Part shown: positions 8,014 to 12,603 of the stretch, piece after piece
Position numbering within the stretch: the stretch's first letter is position 1
How the letters are laid out: every line of letters begins with the position of its first letter
Origin: Candidatus Heimdallarchaeota archaeon
GTDB lineage: Archaea; Asgardarchaeota; Wukongarchaeia; Wukongarchaeales; JBHIFL01
Assembly: GCA_046761065.1 (NCBI GenBank)
Contig: JBHIFL010000101.1
Location: 1 to 12,603, forward strand
Length of the DNA stretch: 12,603 nt
Direction of reading: 5' to 3'
Program-made: the position numbers and the translations under genes
Notes under the pieces: model-generated
What the model was told of the DNA's origin: nothing
Seen by the model: the letters and a program-made list of their open reading frames with translations, nothing else
Database searches by the model: none

Positions 8014-8496
8014 ATGGATAAAGAAATGGTTTTCGTGATTGCAACCGCGTCTCACGCCATTTTCCTCCCGAAATACTTTCACTGGGAGTGTGTCCAATGT
8101 GGGGGGTGCTGTCGATATGGCCAGCAAGTCCCGTTGTCCCCCCACGAATTCACCCGGTTAGTACGTGAATGGCGGACGTTCGCCCGCTCTCACCTGAAAC
8201 GGGTGAAAAACGTCCTCTTCTCCAAGTTCGTCTGCCAGGTGCCTCGCTCCGTCGACAATCCGTGTGGATTAGCGCTCCGCTAAAAAAAGGGGCACTGCAT
8301 CTTTTTAAATCCTCCCACAAATCAGTGTCTCATCTATCCCATCCGGCCCCATCTCTGTGTATTTTATCCGTTTTCATACCACCACCAAGCCTCCAAGCTC
8401 CGCAACCGCATGACGTTTGGCCTCCACTTGCGAACGGTGGAGGGCGTCGGGTTTGTGTGTCAAGGGTTAACGGTAGGCGGCCCCCACTCACCATGA
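8014..8496 (+). pseudogene. YkgJ family CxxCxxCC (Zn/Fe-S cluster, FliB-like) protein interrupted by in-frame TAA 8281-8283
   Basis: FHWECVQCGGCC before the stop. The same frame continues KKGHCIFLNPPTNQCLIYPIRPHLCVFYPF...VCQG after it, which is the canonical C-x-FL...C-x-IY-x2-RP-x2-C-x2-YPF half. Ends at TGA 8494-8496. Confidence 0.85.
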
Positions 8497-8701
8497 TATC
8501 CAACGTGCGAAATCCAATTCCTTTGAAAGTTAGCTAAGCCACCAGGGGAAGGGTTGCGTGATGGATGCGTATTATGTGTATTTTACATATACAAGGGGTT
8601 GGGGGGATATCCAAGCAATTGATAAATTTAGTACCTAGGTGATTTGAAAGGGTTCAAACAAAAAAAGAACTTTTGGAGGGAATGATAGTTTTAAAAATGC
8701 C

Positions 8702-9493
8702 TTAAAACACCCTCAGCTCTGTTAGCACCCGTGAAATTTCACCTGAACTTATCCCAATCGCGGCAGAAACCCTATCGATTTCTTTTGGCTTAAATCCTTG
8801 TGCTATTTTCCTTGCTTCCTCTATTGGATAAATAGAAAAAAGTTGAGTTTTGAGTTGATCGAGTTTTATGTCAGAAAACCAGAGGAGAGCGTAGATATCA
8901 GCTATATCTTTGATTCTCTTGTCCATATTTTTACGATTGATCACTGAGTTGAGCTTCATCGCTAAAAGTACATACGGTTTTGGTAGCAAAACTTGAGTAT
9001 TGAATAGATTAATGACTGTACAGAGTTTATCTGTAAAAACCAATGACAAAAGTGGCTCATCAATTGGAATAAATCCCAGGAGGTGTTCGATTTTTGGATG
9101 AATGTAGTCTACAATGAGATCTATGTAGACTCGAATTATTTCATACGGCAGAAGTTTTGCGGATTCTTCTAAGGTCAATTCCATTCCCGTTTTTGTGTCA
9201 AAATCCTTCATCAACCTAAAACTAACAGACTTATATCCTATGCCCTCGATACCCCTAACCGCTCTAAAAAATTCTGACTGTTTCAACTGTTCTTCGGACC
9301 AACCTTTGTCGATATGAAAGCCAATATCGATGTCTCTCGACCCAATGTACTTCCTTCCATTAACTTTCTCAAAGCCTTTGTTTACAATGTGGTATGTTGC
9401 CCAGCCTCCAATAAGGCAGACTTCACCTTTGATTTGCTCAAAGACTTTTCCTAGTTGCTGCTCTGCGATCTCTATCTCAGTTCGCTCATACAC
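8702..9493 (-). CDS. Pol-beta-superfamily nucleotidyltransferase, AbiEii/DUF1814-like putative toxin
   Basis: CLIGGWATY...SRDIDIG (GG...DxD), YIDLIVD, LLAMKL and KRIKDIADIYALL motifs. Overlaps the upstream regulator gene by 8 nt. Confidence 0.8.
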   Translation of the reverse strand: MYERTEIEIAEQQLGKVFEQIKGEVCLIGGWATYHIVNKGFEKVNGRKYIGSRDIDIGFHIDKGWSEEQLKQSEFFRAVRGIEGIGYKSVSFRLMKDFDTKTGMELTLEESAKLLPYEIIRVYIDLIVDYIHPKIEHLLGFIPIDEPLLSLVFTDKLCTVINLFNTQVLLPKPYVLLAMKLNSVINRKNMDKRIKDIADIYALLWFSDIKLDQLKTQLFSIYPIEEARKIAQGFKPKEIDRVSAAIGISSGEISRVLTELRVF

Positions 9494-10076
9494 TCTCTAC
9501 TGCCACCCGTTCAAGTAGTTTTTCTGCCGCTTCTACGCAGACTCCACCCTCCTCGAACAGATCAACGATCAGTTGAGGAGGTGAGACGACATTCAGGTCA
9601 CTCCGTTCAAGCGTCTCATAGAATATGTGCTCATCAGTTATTAGGAGCCTTACATTACCTTTTCCAACAAGACCTTCTCTCGTTATAAGTTCATGCCATC
9701 GCTCTGCATCCTCTTCCCGGATGTAAACGTCGATGCGGGAAGGGAAAAGATAATGCTGAACTAGGTTTTCGCCCTGATATGTCGTGAGAGCGTACTGCAA
9801 TCGCTGTTTCTTAAGCAAACTTAAGAAATCTTTGTGCATATATTCCTTCTTGATAGGTCTTATTTTCACTCTCTGCCAGTACTTCAACAGCTCAGCGTAA
9901 TCTTTCACTTTCGTTCCACTTACCAGTCCCAACACTTCAAGTTTGCCCAAAAATTCATGTAGCCAAGAAAATGAGCATCCAGCGTTCTTAGCAACTCTGT
10001 ACTTGGAGAGTGTGCCCTCTGGCTCGTTCAAAAGAACCCTAAGTATACGTTCTCGACACACACCTCTCCTTTTCAT
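9486..10076 (-). CDS. wHTH + AbiEi_2 (DUF2186)-like antitoxin / transcriptional regulator
   Basis: N-terminal HTH RILRVLL...SKYRVAKNAGCSFSWLHEFLGKLEVLGLV, then YALT, IDVYI, GNVRLL and C-terminal VVSPPQLIVDLFEEGG..EAAEKLL. ATG 10076 with a GGAGA SD is preferred over the track TTG 10091. Confidence 0.8.
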   Translation of the reverse strand: MKRRGVCRERILRVLLNEPEGTLSKYRVAKNAGCSFSWLHEFLGKLEVLGLVSGTKVKDYAELLKYWQRVKIRPIKKEYMHKDFLSLLKKQRLQYALTTYQGENLVQHYLFPSRIDVYIREEDAERWHELITREGLVGKGNVRLLITDEHIFYETLERSDLNVVSPPQLIVDLFEEGGVCVEAAEKLLERVAVESV

Positions 10077-10089
10077 TGTATCTCCATCC

Positions 10090-10171
10090 AATATATCGGT
10101 ATTATTTATTAATATTTATATTTACCGATATATCGGTAAAACTGAACCTATAAATATCTTACCGATATATT
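10090..10171. promoter_or_regulatory. Nested palindromic double operator over the promoter of the - strand TA-like operon
   Basis: Perfect 20-bp palindrome TTTACCGATATATCGGTAAA (10121-10140). It is flanked symmetrically by AATATATCGGTA (10090-10101) and TACCGATATATT (10160-10171). TATA-like sequences lie in both spacers. Confidence 0.85.
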
Positions 10172-10339
10172 CTTTTATTCCAACCAACTCAAGCTCTCAA
10201 AGTTTCATTTTATGCCACACATTATTTCTATTCGGGTACCCAGTAGGCAACTTTGGAAGCTAGCTTCCTTCATATTTCCTTAAGCACTGTTGCTGAAAGA
10301 GCTTTCTAACTTCTTTTCAGGAGTTCTCGCTTTGGGTAA

Positions 10340-10613
10340 TTTCAATATTTAACACAATATATACTACCTGGCGCCATCGTGTTTGAGGGCCACAATTCAC
10401 CATCGTTGAGGCTCGTTTTTCCAAGAAGCACCTCCCAAATTTTTGTTGGTGATTTCGATTCAGAACATTGGGGATCGGATGGGTTACATGAGATAGACAG
10501 ACCTCTGGATTAAATTAGAAAATCAAGTTATCTATGTAGCTCCTGGCATTTGGGAGTGGAAAATCGCACCAGATACACAAATAACGGTGAATCAGTTCCA
10601 CTTCTCTCTCTGA
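10340..10613 (+). pseudogene. Gene remnant, possibly frameshifted by AGAC-AGAC at 10495-10502
   Basis: Removing 4 bp joins ...ILPGAIVFEGHNSPSLRLVFPRSTSQIFVGDFDSEHWGSDGLHEID to LWIKLENQVIYVAPGIWEWKIAPDTQITVNQFHFSL*. Confidence 0.35.
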
Positions 10614-10920
10614 ATCGGAGGATATTGATTTAACAAAGGGGGGTCTTCATAGCTGAAGGGCTTTATTCAAGCCATAAAGGTAAGATGCACCCTATTAAAC
10701 TAGAATGCCCCCTCACCGAAATCTGGTAAATGACAATAACCCGACTAAAACTTTCGGATTATTAGTTAATATGGTTGAACAGTGCAATGTCTGTAGCGGG
10801 GTATGTGATTCTTACATGTGGAACTATATTAGAGGGCTTGGTCGTCTTTGGAACAAGTTTCGTGGAGATATTGTTTCAGTGAGATGGAAAGAGATGCCAG
10901 ATCTTCCTTGTCCACCTGAC

Positions 10921-11830
10921 CTACTTTTTTATAGGTTTCCAGATCCGCTGAACCGCGTTTGTGTCCGTCAATACTACATTCAAATAGAGACCAGCGGTTA
11001 TAACATCGACTGGGAGCAGATCTTCTTTTTTGAGCCGGAGTTGCTCTTTTTGGGTTCTTCCGATGTCCTTTGAGGAAAAGGGGCGTGTATCGAACATATT
11101 TAGCTTGGCTAACACTTTCTCGAAATCGGAGTCCCTTTCTATCATTTTCTCCCTTGTTGGATTGTTTTTTTGTATTTTCCCCTCTACCCGAAAGACGAAA
11201 TCAGTCCAATCGCCTAAATGATTACATAGAAATCTGTAGAACTATAATGATAGTCTCAGCTTACGTATATGATCAGCAACAACTGTTTCAGGAGCGTTTC
11301 CCTCCATCTTAAGTCGTATCATGTCTTTCATAATGTGTCAGTAATCAGTCTGATTCCATTGTAGTCACTCTGTTCCAGCGAATCCATCTTTTATTACCTG
11401 ACAAGCCTCTGTCAAGATCAGAGATTCATGTCCCAAGTTCAGCTCATCATATGAATCATTTTAACGGTTTTTTCGTCCATCCAAGCAAGAATCAGGTTGA
11501 TTCTCAATGCATATCGGTATATACCCCCTTACGACGGACAGGACAAAGACAACAACTACCTTGCGATTAGCAAGTTGATGGCGAACTTATCCAAGGAGTC
11601 AAAAATATCCTCTTTCGCCCTTAATCAATACTTCTGGTTTTTCTGAAAGAATGATTGCTCGAAAAAGAATTGTGGCCCATGTCCTACAAGAAAATGCGTG
11701 TATAGGGATTATGCGAGGGAGAAAAAACGCAAACGTAAATATAAAGAGTTATTTACGTAGACGCTCAATGAAGTAGTCGTGGGGAGATGAAAGATCATCA
11801 TAGTAACACTCATTATCCTTCCATTGTGGG
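10921..11830 (-). pseudogene. Long decayed coding sequence(s) including track ORF 10921..11145
   Basis: One frame of about 300 codons with 7 internal stops counted by eye (11242, 11338, 11365, 11461, 11587, 11599, 11749). It contains protein-like segments such as YDELNLGHESLILTEACQVIKDGF and MEGNAPETVVADHIRKLRLSL*FYRFL. Confidence 0.4.
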
Positions 11831-12127
11831 AACTAGATGTTTTTGGAGACTCAGTCCAGATCCATGAAACAGACGGGCTGTGAGGAATTTGGGCAAGGTC
11901 TTCAGAATCCATTTTATCCCGTTTCAAGCTGCAACCCTAAATATGTATGAAGGTTGAGTATTTAATGTTTGAACACTGAGATAGGAAAAGCTCGTTCTCG
12001 AATGACATATTATTTTCAATAAGCTCCTAATGTTAAATAAGGAGCGTAACTTGGGGTGTTTTGTTTCTAATAAGTTAATATTGTGTAGGTTCAATAAGAG
12101 AAAGAATGGTTTGATGGGAAATCCGAG

Positions 12128-12595
12128 TTATTCAAAATACTTACTGATCCGCCGGTGGCCAGTGACCCGATACGTGTCGCGTAAGGTGTCGGCATCCGCC
12201 TTGTAAGGGATCTTCTGCGTGATCCCGAGGGCGCGCAGCTCGGCCCGGATGCGGCGGACATCGCCTTCATCCGTCCAATCATACGTGTACACGCAGATCA
12301 CTTTGGTCTTCGGACCCGTCGCATACGGGTTCGGTTTCGCGGTCGCGACCTTCGCACTACCACCCAACTTCCCTGCTTCCGTCGTCTGTTTAATGGTAGC
12401 CCAAACAGTATCGACCTCGTTGCGATCCACAAAAATCAGCCATTTCTCACTGCGGGGCGTGGGGCGGGGATAAGACCCCTTCTGCCTGATGGCATACAGC
12501 CAGGAGACTTCAGACACTTCGGAGGGGTTCGACTCAGCATATTGCTGGGCGAACTCCATCTGTTTGGTTTTGAGGGCTTCATGCTCGTCTTGCAT
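12128..12595 (-). CDS. DUF1917 / Bles03 (C11orf68)-like protein with eIF4E-like fold, often annotated 'putative phosphothreonine lyase domain'; may begin beyond the window edge
   Basis: S(E)KWLIF...VDTVWATIK...GKLG.SAKVAT...VICVYTYDWTDEGDVRRI...LRALG....IPYKADADT. Visibly GC-rich. No in-frame stop between the ATG and the window end. Confidence 0.85.
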   Translation of the reverse strand: MQDEHEALKTKQMEFAQQYAESNPSEVSEVSWLYAIRQKGSYPRPTPRSEKWLIFVDRNEVDTVWATIKQTTEAGKLGGSAKVATAKPNPYATGPKTKVICVYTYDWTDEGDVRRIRAELRALGITQKIPYKADADTLRDTYRVTGHRRISKYFE

Positions 12596-12603
12596 CGCGG
12601 TGC

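Noticed and set aside
8169-8537. Track ORF 8169..8537 (+)
   Set aside because: Off-frame overlap. The conserved YkgJ motifs continue in the 7978 frame past the TAA.
9330-10263. Track ORFs 9330..9518, 9455..9688 and 9943..10263 (+)
   Set aside because: Antisense to the TA-like pair and its operator.
10705-11312. + strand ORFs, including 10705..11073 with CNVCSGVC as a possible ferredoxin motif
   Set aside because: The motif lacks the fourth Cys and the CP. These ORFs are likely shadows of the decayed - strand gene.
11511-11519. Extra operator half-site ATATCGGTA
   Set aside because: An isolated 9-mer with no partner half-site, compatible with chance.
12091-12473. Track ORFs 12091..12282 (-) and 12219..12473 (+)
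   Set aside because: Alternate-frame and antisense shadows of the GC-rich DUF1917 gene.

Overview
This 12.6-kb window is an accessory or defence-island-like mosaic. It is probably archaeal, inferred from BRE/TATA-type promoters and an AGGTG Shine-Dalgarno site. Two different, apparently intact type IV toxin-antitoxin-like pairs face each other. The + strand pair is AbiEi plus an AbiEii nucleotidyltransferase with an unusual N-terminal CCHC Zn-finger-like extension (4091-6132). The - strand pair is a wHTH/AbiEi_2-like regulator plus a nucleotidyltransferase (8702-10076), with a symmetric double operator upstream. Between them lie a small SAP-like ORF missing from the ORF track, a wHTH + PD-(D/E)XK nuclease gene with a frameshifted 5' end, and a YkgJ/CxxCxxCC gene split by an in-frame TAA. 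GC-richer genes encode a monofunctional proline dehydrogenase (2107-3033) and a DUF1917/Bles03-like protein (12128-12595). Much of the remaining 'intergenic' DNA reads as decayed genes with in-frame stops and recurrent 4-bp duplication frameshifts. No tRNA, rRNA, CRISPR array or intact transposase was seen. All family calls come from motifs recognised by eye, not from database searches.
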